A stretch of 64,000 nucleotides of DNA, taken from assembly GCA_964530185.1 (NCBI GenBank), contig CAZHBB010000003.1, forward strand, positions 13,563 to 77,562, written 5' to 3'. The position numbers and the translations under genes are program-made. Position 1 is the stretch's first letter, and each line of letters begins with the position of its first letter. This DNA comes from an uncultured Anaerolineales bacterium. GTDB lineage: Bacteria; Chloroflexota; Anaerolineae; B4-G1; SLSP01. The notes beneath the pieces are model-generated. The model saw only the letters and a list, made by a program, of their open reading frames with translations. It made no database searches and was not told the DNA's origin. Below are positions 28,692-37,880 of the stretch, one piece after another.

Positions 28692-29849
28692 ATGACAGGG
28701 AAGTTGGCAATTATTCCGGCAGAATCGGCCGCGGAGAAAGACGAGTTGATCAAGTTCCAGTGGCAAGTCTACAAAGGAGACCCTTATTGGGTCCCACCGC
28801 TTATGTCTGAGCGACGCACATTGCTCGATCCCGAGCGTCACCCTTTTCACGAACATGCAAAGGTTCGGTACTTCACTGCACGGCGTGATGGCCGCATTGT
28901 GGGCACCATCGCAGGCATCATCAACCACCGGCACAACGAGTACTGGAATGACCACACAGGGTTCTTCGGGCTGTTCGAGGTCCTTCCTGGTGAAGAGGAA
29001 GCCGCCCATGCACTGTTACGCACGGCTGAGGCCTTCTGCCGCGATGAGGGCATGGACGCTATCCGGGGTCCCATGAACTTCTCCCAGAACGAGGAATGCG
29101 GCCTCCTGGTCGACGGCTGGAATGGGCCGCCTGTCATCCTGATGCCGTACAACCCTCGCTACTACGTAGACATGATCGAAAGCGCCGGCTATAGCAAAGC
29201 TCAGGATCTGCTTGCCTACCTGACCGATCTACGGCAGATCCAGCCGGACGGAACAGGGGTCAATCCCAAACTCCTGCGTGTGGCCGACCATGTTCGGCGC
29301 CGGGGTGACATCACCATTCGCACTCTGGACATGAGGCACTTCCAACGGGATGCCGCGCTTTTCAAAGAGATCTACAACAAGGCCTGGTCCAAGAACTGGG
29401 GGTTCGTTCCCCTCACCGAGGGGGAGCTGGAAAATGAGATCATGGAACTGAAGCCCATCGTCGATCCCGAGATTACCTTCTTCGTCTACAAAGGCGATCA
29501 GCCGGTGGCGGCTGGTCTCCCGCTCCCCGATCTCAATCAAGCCCTGCATCGAGCCTATCCAAGGCCTGATGTCCCTGAGTGGTGGACCATGGCCAAATTG
29601 CTCTACTACTGGAAGGTCCGCAAAGTCATCACCACTGTGCGGGCATTCGCGGGCGGCGTCATCGAGGACTACCGCGGCCAGGGTCTCCATGCACTGATGA
29701 TTGTCGAAGGTTTGAAGCGCTGCGTCAAACGCTACCAACAACTGGAGGTCTCCTGGGTGCTCGAGAGCAACATCCCCATGCGGCAGACAGCCGCCCACAT
29801 GGGCGCGAAGCTCTATCGCACGTACCGCATCTACCAGAAACCTCTGTAG
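28692..29849 (+). CDS. GNAT-fold acyltransferase-like protein (FemAB/BioF2-like), function unknown
   Basis: 385 aa. The two-lobed acyl-CoA N-acyltransferase-like pattern is a weak family-level call only. Confidence 0.3.
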   Translation: MTGKLAIIPAESAAEKDELIKFQWQVYKGDPYWVPPLMSERRTLLDPERHPFHEHAKVRYFTARRDGRIVGTIAGIINHRHNEYWNDHTGFFGLFEVLPGEEEAAHALLRTAEAFCRDEGMDAIRGPMNFSQNEECGLLVDGWNGPPVILMPYNPRYYVDMIESAGYSKAQDLLAYLTDLRQIQPDGTGVNPKLLRVADHVRRRGDITIRTLDMRHFQRDAALFKEIYNKAWSKNWGFVPLTEGELENEIMELKPIVDPEITFFVYKGDQPVAAGLPLPDLNQALHRAYPRPDVPEWWTMAKLLYYWKVRKVITTVRAFAGGVIEDYRGQGLHALMIVEGLKRCVKRYQQLEVSWVLESNIPMRQTAAHMGAKLYRTYRIYQKPL

Positions 29850-29980
29850 AGTCCTCTTCGCGCTTGTGACACAGACACAAAGCGCCCATGGGTCTTGTCT
29901 TGAGACCCATGGGCGCTTCTGACATGCCCTCTGAGTTAGTTGGTGCGCACCACCACCACGATTATTGACACGGATGTCCT

Positions 29981-30799
29981 TTAGTATTTCCTCACAATGG
30001 GGCGATAGGCCGCAGGCTGCCGGGCCAATACGATCTGAGACTCTTCACGCCGATGACGGACATCGTCCAGGTCAAGGCGTACAATCACATAGCCTTCCTC
30101 CGGCTCCTCCAGTGCCGCCAACACTTCACCACCAGGCGAGAGAACCGCACTCTGACCAGCAAATAAATAGGACGGCTCCTCTCCAATGCGATTAGCAGCA
30201 GCGATAAAGATGTCGTTCTCGTAGGCCCGAGCCACCAACAAAGTCCGCCAGATGTCAGCGTCCTCCATTTGCCAGGCTGCTGGCAACAGAATGATCTCAG
30301 CACCGCTCAGCATCAGGCTGCGGGCAACCTCAGGAAACGCCAAGTCCCATCCGATCATCACGCCGATGATCCCGACTTCAGTCTCGAAGGGCTTGATCTG
30401 GTAGCCTGGACGGAAGACCAGACGTTCCTCAGCCGGCAGGTGCACCTTGCGATATTCACCTGCGACCTCCCCGTCTGGGCCGATCAAGACAGCCCCATTA
30501 TACAGCACCGTTTCCACACTCTCCTTGACCGCCATGCCCACGAGCACATAGACCCCAAACTCGCTGGCGTGCTGTCCCAGGATATTTGTCACGGCACCTG
30601 GCACCCGTTGGGCCATCTGTGCGAAACGCGCTCCACCCTCATAGCCAGTCACTGCAAGCTCAGGAAACACGATGATGTCCACCGGCTGGTCAGTGGCAAT
30701 ACGAGTAATCATGTCGGCCATCTTGCCGACGTTATCTTCCATCTTGGCAAGCTGAGGCGCCATTTGGACGACAGCAACATTGAGCTCACGCATACCCAC
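29981..30799 (-). CDS. Carbon-nitrogen hydrolase (nitrilase superfamily) homologue lacking the catalytic cysteine
   Basis: The conserved catalytic Glu (FPELAVTGY) and Lys (YRKVHLP) are present, but the nucleophile position reads MIGWDLAFPE where the family has G.GICYD.RFPE. I checked the codon on the DNA: it is GGA. Confidence 0.7.
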   Translation of the reverse strand: MGMRELNVAVVQMAPQLAKMEDNVGKMADMITRIATDQPVDIIVFPELAVTGYEGGARFAQMAQRVPGAVTNILGQHASEFGVYVLVGMAVKESVETVLYNGAVLIGPDGEVAGEYRKVHLPAEERLVFRPGYQIKPFETEVGIIGVMIGWDLAFPEVARSLMLSGAEIILLPAAWQMEDADIWRTLLVARAYENDIFIAAANRIGEEPSYLFAGQSAVLSPGGEVLAALEEPEEGYVIVRLDLDDVRHRREESQIVLARQPAAYRPIVRKY

Positions 30800-30868
30800 T
30801 CCTTTTCATTATGAAGATCAGGCCCTTACAAGTCCGCCCGCGCGGGTTCTCGGTGGTCGCCCACCGAG

Positions 30869-31855
30869 TCACAGCCCCGTCTTGGGACGTCGCATGTAAG
30901 TCAAGATAGAGGCAAGTTCCGGCGGCAGAGGCGACACCAACTGTACCTTCTCACCCGTCAACGGATGTTGCAGCAATGCGCTGCTCAGATGTAGAAAGAG
31001 CCGATCTGGAAGCATCGACTGATACCTATGACCATAGATGCGATCTCCAACAACGGGAAAGCCATACCAGGAGAGATGCACACGGATCTGATGCAAACGC
31101 GCGCGCTCCGGTTGCACCTCCAGCAGGGTATAATACCTGCCCCGGTCCCGGTAATGTTCGTGGCTTCGGACCCTCGTTCGCACTGGACGCCCTGTCCGGG
31201 TGACAGCCAGGCGCCGACGCGTATGGCTCAGGTTGCCGATAGGCTCATCGATCAGATGTTCACCCTGCAGCTTACCTTCGACTAGCACCGAATAGGTATA
31301 GACGACACGACCGTGTTTCAGCGCCCGCCGCAGTTCGCGGTAGACCGCTTCATCCTTGGCAATCACGACCAATCCTGAGGCGTCACGATCTATCCTGGTG
31401 ATCACACCCGCACGTTCAACGCCTCCCACATGCGCAATGGCCGGATAATGGCGGGCCACCCTCTCTGCCACCGACAGAGGCTCTACACCTTGCCGTCGAC
31501 CGACAGCCACACCGGCGGGCTTATCTACGACGAGAAGGGCTGCATCCTCGTAGAGGACCGGGAGTGGTGCGCTTTCCTCATCGGGGATGTTCAACGATGG
31601 CGCCCTTAGGACCCGGTTCACGAGGTTCACTGTCACACCGTCGCCGGCCTGCAGATGCATTCCAAGACTGCGAGGCGCTTTGCCATTCACCAGGATCCTG
31701 CCCTCGGCGAGCAGCGACCGAATATCCTCCTCCCGAAGATCCGGTCGCCATAGCGCCAACAACTGGTCGAGCCGCAGAGGCTCCTCAGCCACCAGCGAGA
31801 CGATATCGGACCGCTGTCGTTCCCCCTCCTCAGTCAAGACCACCGGATCCTTCAA
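30869..31855 (-). CDS. rluD: RluA-family 23S rRNA pseudouridine synthase (RluD-like)
   Basis: An N-terminal S4 domain and a catalytic region (LYEDAALLVVDKPAGVAV ... RIDRDASGLVVIAKD). It overlaps the lspA end, the usual lspA-rluD arrangement. Confidence 0.8.
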   Translation of the reverse strand: MKDPVVLTEEGERQRSDIVSLVAEEPLRLDQLLALWRPDLREEDIRSLLAEGRILVNGKAPRSLGMHLQAGDGVTVNLVNRVLRAPSLNIPDEESAPLPVLYEDAALLVVDKPAGVAVGRRQGVEPLSVAERVARHYPAIAHVGGVERAGVITRIDRDASGLVVIAKDEAVYRELRRALKHGRVVYTYSVLVEGKLQGEHLIDEPIGNLSHTRRRLAVTRTGRPVRTRVRSHEHYRDRGRYYTLLEVQPERARLHQIRVHLSWYGFPVVGDRIYGHRYQSMLPDRLFLHLSSALLQHPLTGEKVQLVSPLPPELASILTYMRRPKTGL

Positions 31856-32399
31856 CCTCCGCCGCGGACAGACGCCGGGGCTCCAACAATATGGAATCCA
31901 GAAGCAGCAGACCCACCCCCACCACTACTGAGGCATCGGCCAAGTTAAACACAGGCCAGGTGCGAAAGGGCCAGAAGTTGACATCCAGAAAATCGACCAC
32001 GTAGCCTCGCAGCAGCCGATCGATGATGTTGCCCAACGCGCCACCCACCACGAGGCCCAATGCGAGGTGACTCCACCATTCAGGTCCCACCACCTTCGTC
32101 CTGAAAATCACCGCACCCAACGCAACGAGAATCGAAAAGACCAGGAAGAGGTGCCCCCATCCCGGGAACAATCCAAAGGCAATCCCCGTATTGTGCACAA
32201 AGGTAAAAGAGAAGACAGGTGCCATCCATGAGATCAGATCGACCGGTTCCATTAGAGGAAGATTGGCCGCCACCAGTGCCTTGGTGATTTGATCCAACAC
32301 CACAACGGCCATAACCGAGCCATAGAATAGGCCCGTCATCCGGCCCGGCTTTGCCACAACGCGCTCATGCGATAAGGACATCGGCCCTATGACGCCCAT
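31830..32399 (-). CDS. lspA: Lipoprotein signal peptidase (signal peptidase II)
   Basis: Four TM helices, with the VHNTGIAFGLF and FNLADASVVVG motifs of LspA. Confidence 0.85.
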   Translation of the reverse strand: MGVIGPMSLSHERVVAKPGRMTGLFYGSVMAVVVLDQITKALVAANLPLMEPVDLISWMAPVFSFTFVHNTGIAFGLFPGWGHLFLVFSILVALGAVIFRTKVVGPEWWSHLALGLVVGGALGNIIDRLLRGYVVDFLDVNFWPFRTWPVFNLADASVVVGVGLLLLDSILLEPRRLSAAEVEGSGGLD

Positions 32400-32406
32400 A
32401 GAGACC

Positions 32407-32754
32407 TCACCGCTGCTGCTCGAGGCGCACCTGACAACTCATACAGTACCGGGCCTCCGGCACCACTTCCAGCCGCGGGAGGTCAATCCGTGTACCGCAC
32501 GACTCACAGATCCCGTACGTACCATCCTCGAATTTCGCGAGTGCGTGTTGTACGTCACGATAGCTCTGCTGCAGGCGCTGAGCCAGGCCGAAATCGCGCT
32601 CCTGCTCGAAGACCTCAGTCGCTGCATCCGCCATGTGGTTGCTGTATCCCACCCCATCCTCACGGACCTCGCGGTGGATGTCCTCCAACTGCGATCGCAG
32701 CGCCACGAGTTTCTCCTCAAGCAATTGACGCAGTTCTGCATAAGATGCTGGCAT
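32407..32754 (-). CDS. DksA/TraR family C4-type zinc-finger protein
   Basis: A C-terminal CESCG...CMSCQ zinc finger and a coiled-coil N-terminus. The start at MPASYAEL is preceded by GGGGAG. Confidence 0.7.
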   Translation of the reverse strand: MPASYAELRQLLEEKLVALRSQLEDIHREVREDGVGYSNHMADAATEVFEQERDFGLAQRLQQSYRDVQHALAKFEDGTYGICESCGTRIDLPRLEVVPEARYCMSCQVRLEQQR

Positions 32755-33025
32755 ACCATCTCCCCTAACCGTTCGATGCCCCAAATTCTACTCGAGTTCA
32801 CATGGAAGACAAGACGTAATCGTTCACAGTCCCTTCGCTGCGATGATCTGTTACGACGGAACTTGGGAGGAAAGGGGGCGTTCTTCACCCTTCCGTAATC
32901 CCTTTGTAACAACAAACCTGCCCCCCTGCTGTACAATGAATGTAGCATGTAAGTGCAGTTTTGTGAGTTTGGTGTAGGATTCTGGAAGAATTATACGTTT
33001 CTTAGCTTATGCGAGGAGGATCGAG

Positions 33026-34036
33026 ATGATCAAGAGGCGCTGGTTACCGCTCGTGGTGGTTCTTACTATTCTTGTCGGTCTATTGCCTCAGATGGTAGCG
33101 GCCCAAAGTCCAAACTATTACACGTCCGTTATCCTGAGCGACATTACATCCGGCGCACCAGTGGTCGGTGGTACATTCACGACTGATCTGAGCCTGTCAA
33201 TTGTGAATAATGCCACCCCACAACTCGGGGTGATGGGCGCAGATGTCTGGATCCGCTTTGATCCCACGATCTTAGCCGTGGATGATGCAGACGACAATCC
33301 CGCCAACGGCATTCAAGTTAGCATTTCGACCGAGTTCTTCGGCGGCTCCGTATTTGTCGCCGCCAACGAGGTCACCACCTGCCCCAGCGGTGGAACCTGC
33401 GTCCATCTGGCATTGAGTCACTCGGGCGCCCCTATCACCAACCGCACCGGAAAAATCGCTACGATCACATGGGCTGGACTGGCAGCGGGAGACGGGGGAC
33501 TTGAGGTCGCACTTCCGGAGACGGTGCTTGCTGACGTGAACGGGGCAGACGTCCCGATCAACAGCACCACCGTACCCGCTATCGCCGTAGTGGAGCCGGG
33601 GACCATCTCGGGTAAGGTTCTGCGTCAGGGGACACGGACCGATCACGCCAATACTGAGGTCGTGGCCTACAACACAGGTGGTGGCGTTGTTGGCACTGCC
33701 ACAACCCTGGCTGATGGTAGCTTCGAGCTGATTGTGCCGATCGGGGGATCCTACCTGGTCCAGGCATCTTACAACGGCTACCTTAAGGCACAGAAGAGCA
33801 GCGTCTATGTGGTGGGAGCTGCTGTTGATCTAGGGACCACCACCATCCTGGGCGGCGATGTCAACGGCGACAACAACGTCAACATCCTCGATATCGTGAC
33901 GATCATCAGCCGCTACGGGACCACAGGCTGGGCCCCAACTGAGCCCGCCGACATCAATGATGACGGCGAAGTGAACATCTTCGATCTGACAATCGCAGCA
34001 GGCAACTTTGGCCGCTACGGCCCGCTGGGATGGTAA
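33026..34036 (+). CDS. Secreted cohesin-like domain / carboxypeptidase-regulatory-like domain / dockerin protein
   Basis: Signal peptide and a GAGGAGG RBS. A cohesin-like beta-sandwich lies at the N-terminus, followed by a CarboxypepD_reg-like domain (GTISGKVL...DGSFEL...GSYLVQASYNGY). The C-terminus has two dockerin calcium-binding repeats (DVNGDNNVNILD, DINDDGEVNIFD). Confidence 0.65.
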   Translation: MIKRRWLPLVVVLTILVGLLPQMVAAQSPNYYTSVILSDITSGAPVVGGTFTTDLSLSIVNNATPQLGVMGADVWIRFDPTILAVDDADDNPANGIQVSISTEFFGGSVFVAANEVTTCPSGGTCVHLALSHSGAPITNRTGKIATITWAGLAAGDGGLEVALPETVLADVNGADVPINSTTVPAIAVVEPGTISGKVLRQGTRTDHANTEVVAYNTGGGVVGTATTLADGSFELIVPIGGSYLVQASYNGYLKAQKSSVYVVGAAVDLGTTTILGGDVNGDNNVNILDIVTIISRYGTTGWAPTEPADINDDGEVNIFDLTIAAGNFGRYGPLGW

Positions 34037-34068
34037 ACGGCCAATCGACCAAGTAGGGGGATAAAGTC

Positions 34069-35088
34069 ATGAAGTCCAATCGAGTGTTACGTTTGCTAAG
34101 CGCATGGCTCCTGCTCGCACTTGCTCTGTTGAGCACGCCAACGCCCCAGGCTCTGGCGGCCGATCCGGTCGTCAAGATCGTGCCCGCCACCAGCACCATC
34201 CAGGTAGGAGAGACCGTCGTGGTGAGCGTGACGGTGGAAAACGTCAGCAACCTCTTTGGAGCCGAATTCCATCTCTCCTTCGACGCCAGTATCCTCGAGG
34301 TCGTTGACGCCGACGCAGGCACCGGAGGCATCCAGATCAGCATGGGGGACTTCCTTGCTCCGGATTTCGTGGCCCAGAACCTGGCTGACAACGCCACTGG
34401 GACCATCGACTTCGCCATCTCTCAAATGGCCCCCCACGCTGCAGTGAGCGGCAGCGGCACACTGGCCACGATCACCTTCAAGGGCAAGGCGGCCGGGACA
34501 GCCAGCGTGAGCTTCACCAGCGTTTTGCTGGCGGACGCGGGCGGAGGACAGATTCCCTCCTCCTCACAGAACGCCACTGTCACTGTGACCAGCGGCGCAA
34601 CGGCAACTCCCTCACCCACCACACCGGCGCCTACGACACCGGCTCCGACCGCTTCGCCGACAACCCCACCTGCGACGACCACCCCACCCTCTTCATCATG
34701 CACTATCCAGGGGTACCACACGGTACGAGCAGGGGAGACGCTCTACTCCATCGGACGCGCCTATGCCACAGATCCCAACGCCATCGCCGCCTGCAACGGC
34801 ATTGTCAATCCCAGCCTTCTTTATGTGGGCACCCGATTGGGAATCCCAGTGGCTCCCTGGTCACCGATCCCACCCGGCCCTGTCGCAGTACGTCAGTTTA
34901 CCCCAGGTGGCAGCACGCCTGCCCCCTCGCCATCGACCGGCTGCCGTTATTACCACACAGTCCAATGGGGAGATACCCTGACCGCCATCGCACTTCGTTA
35001 TGGCTCTGACATCTGGAGCATTGGTCGCGCCAACTCCATCTACAACCTGAACCTCATCTACGCTGGACAGGTGTTGTGCATCCCATAA
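34069..35088 (+). CDS. Secreted cohesin domain protein with a Pro/Thr-rich linker and two LysM domains
   Basis: Signal peptide, then a cohesin domain (VVKIVPATSTIQVGETVVVSVTVENVSNLFGAEFHLSFDASILEV...GTLATITFKGKAAG), a PT-rich linker and two LysM repeats (YHTVRAGETLYSIGRAY..., YHTVQWGDTLTAIALRY...). Confidence 0.7.
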   Translation: MKSNRVLRLLSAWLLLALALLSTPTPQALAADPVVKIVPATSTIQVGETVVVSVTVENVSNLFGAEFHLSFDASILEVVDADAGTGGIQISMGDFLAPDFVAQNLADNATGTIDFAISQMAPHAAVSGSGTLATITFKGKAAGTASVSFTSVLLADAGGGQIPSSSQNATVTVTSGATATPSPTTPAPTTPAPTASPTTPPATTTPPSSSCTIQGYHTVRAGETLYSIGRAYATDPNAIAACNGIVNPSLLYVGTRLGIPVAPWSPIPPGPVAVRQFTPGGSTPAPSPSTGCRYYHTVQWGDTLTAIALRYGSDIWSIGRANSIYNLNLIYAGQVLCIP

Positions 35089-35115
35089 AGACTACACCAG
35101 ACTCAGCCGGTCACA

Positions 35116-35150
35116 CAGTCGCGTCGCGGCGAGCTGCCGCGACGCGACTG
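35116..35150. repeat. 15-bp perfect GC-rich inverted repeat between convergent genes (bidirectional terminator-like hairpin)
   Basis: CAGTCGCGTCGCGGC-GAGCT-GCCGCGACGCGACTG. There is no flanking T-run. Confidence 0.4.
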
Positions 35151-35169
35151 CATCTACCGGGTTACAAGC

Positions 35170-36678
35170 TCAGTGGAACGCACAACGGTACAGGAACAGC
35201 GACACTCCAGTGAAGTAGTAAGCCTCGTCGGTGCGACACGTGGTATCCAACCATGCCTTCACCAACTCACGCGCGTCCCACAGAGCGACTTCAGAGTAAA
35301 CAAGCCATACACGTTGGGTATCCCCTACGATGCGCGCCATCTCCTGGGTGACGTAACTCTCGCCTACCTGATAGCGGCCATCCGGCAACTGCCAGTTCGT
35401 GTATGGGGCTTCCGCCCATCTCCCCAGATCGCCATCTGCATAGAACGCATACACATAATGATTGTAAGGAATCTGAAACAACAGAAGATCGTCCTGTCCA
35501 CGTCGGGCGGTAACGACTTCCACCACGCGCTCGAACTGTGGTTTGATAGGATGAGCCATCTGCATCAACAAGCCATGGAGGTTGACGATCATCAACAGGG
35601 CCAGCAGGACAGCGGCCAGCGAGGGCCATCGGCGCCTCAAGGCATCTAAGCCAACCCCACCTAAGATATAGAAAGCTGGTGCGCTCCAGATCAAATACCG
35701 ATCGGTGAAGATCGGACTGCGCAAGGAGACAAGCCACACGGCCAGTAAGGGGAGAATGAGCCAGACCCCCAACTGAACCAGCCGCACCCTCCGGCTCAAC
35801 GCCAGCCGTACGAGCCCAGCCCATACCAACAGTGCAAAAGCTGTGACGATGACCCATAGTCCCGCTTCCCCACCCCAGCTTCCCTGATAGATGCCAGCGC
35901 TCCACCCCGTCAGCAGCATCTGTGCCATCTGCTCCAGCGAATAGCGGGGAAAACCTGTCTCCCGCTGTTGCAGGAGGAGGGGAAGTTGCCACTGCAGAAG
36001 TGGAAGATAGGGCAACACGAGCCCGGCAAGCACCAGCACGCCCCCAACTAGAGCCCGGGGGTGGCGGTCCCTGCAGAGCAGGAACCAGAGTACCAACACC
36101 GGAACCAAAAGGGCTGTCAGAATGTGGCTGTAGAATGCCAAACTCGCTGCCACCAACACCATTCCCCACCATACCAGGCGAGATGTTTGACAAGCTCTAT
36201 CCAAGGCATAGCACGCCAGGAGTACCAGAAAGGGCACCCAGGTGTACATCTTGATCTCCTGGGCATACCAGACCATGTATGGTGACAGAGCCGTCAACAG
36301 TGCGGCAATCATCGCGCCTCTCTTTCCACAGAGCCGCGTTGACAACCTGAAGAGCAAAGGGACGCTCAGCACTCCCCACAGCGTCGAGAGGAACCGCATG
36401 GCATAAGGGGTATCCCCCGCAAGCTCTATCCACGCCCGTAATAACATCGAATAGAGTGGACCATTCCATCCAGGCCGTGTCAGATTTGCCAGCAGTTCAC
36501 GCCAACCGAAGAATGCAAAGCGCCATTGGTCCACCTCATCCCGCCAGAGCCCCTGGCTTTGGATACCCATGAGGCGGACCAGATACGCCAGCAGGACTAA
36601 AGCGACGAGCACCAGCGTCATCTGGACAGGATGCTGCCTATGCCTACCTTGAACACGTCGCTTGGTCAATTGGTCCAC
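35170..36678 (-). CDS. GT-C-fold glycosyltransferase, ArnT/PMT (GT39/GT83)-like
   Basis: About 12 TM helices, with a WRDEVDQ acidic motif in the first extracytoplasmic loop. The 502-aa length is typical of 4-amino-arabinose/mannosyl transferases. Confidence 0.65.
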   Translation of the reverse strand: MDQLTKRRVQGRHRQHPVQMTLVLVALVLLAYLVRLMGIQSQGLWRDEVDQWRFAFFGWRELLANLTRPGWNGPLYSMLLRAWIELAGDTPYAMRFLSTLWGVLSVPLLFRLSTRLCGKRGAMIAALLTALSPYMVWYAQEIKMYTWVPFLVLLACYALDRACQTSRLVWWGMVLVAASLAFYSHILTALLVPVLVLWFLLCRDRHPRALVGGVLVLAGLVLPYLPLLQWQLPLLLQQRETGFPRYSLEQMAQMLLTGWSAGIYQGSWGGEAGLWVIVTAFALLVWAGLVRLALSRRVRLVQLGVWLILPLLAVWLVSLRSPIFTDRYLIWSAPAFYILGGVGLDALRRRWPSLAAVLLALLMIVNLHGLLMQMAHPIKPQFERVVEVVTARRGQDDLLLFQIPYNHYVYAFYADGDLGRWAEAPYTNWQLPDGRYQVGESYVTQEMARIVGDTQRVWLVYSEVALWDARELVKAWLDTTCRTDEAYYFTGVSLFLYRCAFH

Positions 36679-36807
36679 CCCATCTATAATCGGGAGCGTC
36701 TTCTCCCCGATGGGAGGCTCCCATCCTCATCCTGGACATTGGGGTAAGGGGAGAGTAGGTTGACATCGCATGAGTAGGGAAGTATCAGCACCAAGGAGGT
36801 AAATGCC

Positions 36808-37299
36808 GTGACGTGGCTCGGTACCGCGTTCCGTTTTGTCATCCTGCTCAGCTTGCTCGCCTCCTGGATTGGTATGTTGATTCCAGCATTCCCAGCCCCC
36901 ACCGTGATGTGGGCGTTGACGCTTCTATACGGCTTGAGTGCCGGCTTTGGCACTCTCGGTGCGGTCTGCTTTGGGGTGATCACCGTGCTGACCATCTTCT
37001 CGTGGTTTGTGGACAACATTCTTGGTCTGGCCGGGGCACGCAAAGGAGGAGCTCAAGGGTGGTCATTGCTGATTGCACCGGCAGTTGGGCTGGTGACAAG
37101 CATCCTGCTAACACCCATCGTGGGAATCTTGCTCACCGGACTTAGTCTCTTCCTTCTTGAGTGGCACCTCAAGAAGGATTGGCGCCTGGCATGGCATGCC
37201 ACCCGGGCCATGTTGATCGGCTGGGGCTCAGCCGTAGCCGTACGTCTGGTGATCGGCGCCCTAATTATCGCCCTATGGGCCATCTGGGGGTGGCACTAG
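36808..37299 (+). CDS. DUF456-like small membrane protein (hypothetical)
   Basis: 163 aa with four predicted TM helices. GTG start with an AAGGAGG RBS. Confidence 0.45.
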   Translation: MTWLGTAFRFVILLSLLASWIGMLIPAFPAPTVMWALTLLYGLSAGFGTLGAVCFGVITVLTIFSWFVDNILGLAGARKGGAQGWSLLIAPAVGLVTSILLTPIVGILLTGLSLFLLEWHLKKDWRLAWHATRAMLIGWGSAVAVRLVIGALIIALWAIWGWH

Positions 37300-37306
37300 G
37301 CCGTCC

Positions 37307-37342
37307 CGGCCCATCCGCGTCAGGCTGATGGGCCGACCTTTT
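37307..37342 (+). terminator. Probable intrinsic terminator downstream of the DUF456-like gene
   Basis: The hairpin CGGCCCATC-(11 nt)-GATGGGCCG is followed by ACCTTTTG. Confidence 0.45.
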
Positions 37343-37388
37343 GAGCACGCCCAATCTGACCAAATCAGCACTACACCGGAGACGGTGC

Positions 37389-37616
37389 TCAGTCCCCTTT
37401 CTTGCCAAGCATGCCTGACAGCGCACCCATGCCCTTGTCAGGGAGATCCTCCGCAGCGTCCATCGCTTGCTCACTAGCAAGCAGCCCGTCTAGCTGTTTG
37501 GCAATGGGGTCAGGGAGTTTCTTCTTCAGGAAGCCAACAACGGCGTTCACAGCCTGAGTGGCCTGCTCTTTGCTTAGTCCCACTTTCTTCTGCACAAGCT
37601 CCACCAGTTCGTCCAT
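37389..37616 (-). CDS. Small hypothetical protein (75 aa)
   Basis: The internal start MDELVELVQKK is preceded by GGAGGAGG. The longer ORF-track form (to 37877) has no RBS and overlaps the divergent YibE/F gene. Confidence 0.35.
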   Translation of the reverse strand: MDELVELVQKKVGLSKEQATQAVNAVVGFLKKKLPDPIAKQLDGLLASEQAMDAAEDLPDKGMGALSGMLGKKGD

Positions 37617-37880
37617 CTTGCTTGCCTCCTCCTCGCAATAGAGTGTGCATAGGTTATACCATACCTTGCCACCTACAAGTGAGTCATCACCGTGCAACCA
37701 GGAACCGACGACCTCTCCCACATCGATCCTGACAGTGTATGACTGCTCGATGTTCAATAGGGGAATCCCCGACGTCTCCCCAGATACAGTTGTCATACCC
37801 AAAGGGCTGTGAGCCCTGCGCTCAACGTCAGCGCTGGCGCCCCAGCAACATGCGGTATAATGCGCTATCGAGACCAACTC

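Noticed and set aside
34615-34690. Short tandem DNA repeat in the cohesin-LysM gene
   Set aside because: This is the coding sequence of a Pro/Thr-rich linker (TTPAPTTPAPTASPTTPP), a low-complexity protein region rather than a genomic repeat element.
37809-37880. Long 5' extensions of several ORF-track genes (YibE/F, pfkA, acpP, metG, ltaE, clpB, ugd)
   Set aside because: In each case an internal ATG or GTG has a GGAGG-type RBS at 5-10 nt and gives the family-typical N-terminus, while the upstream extension has no RBS and often overlaps the neighbouring gene.
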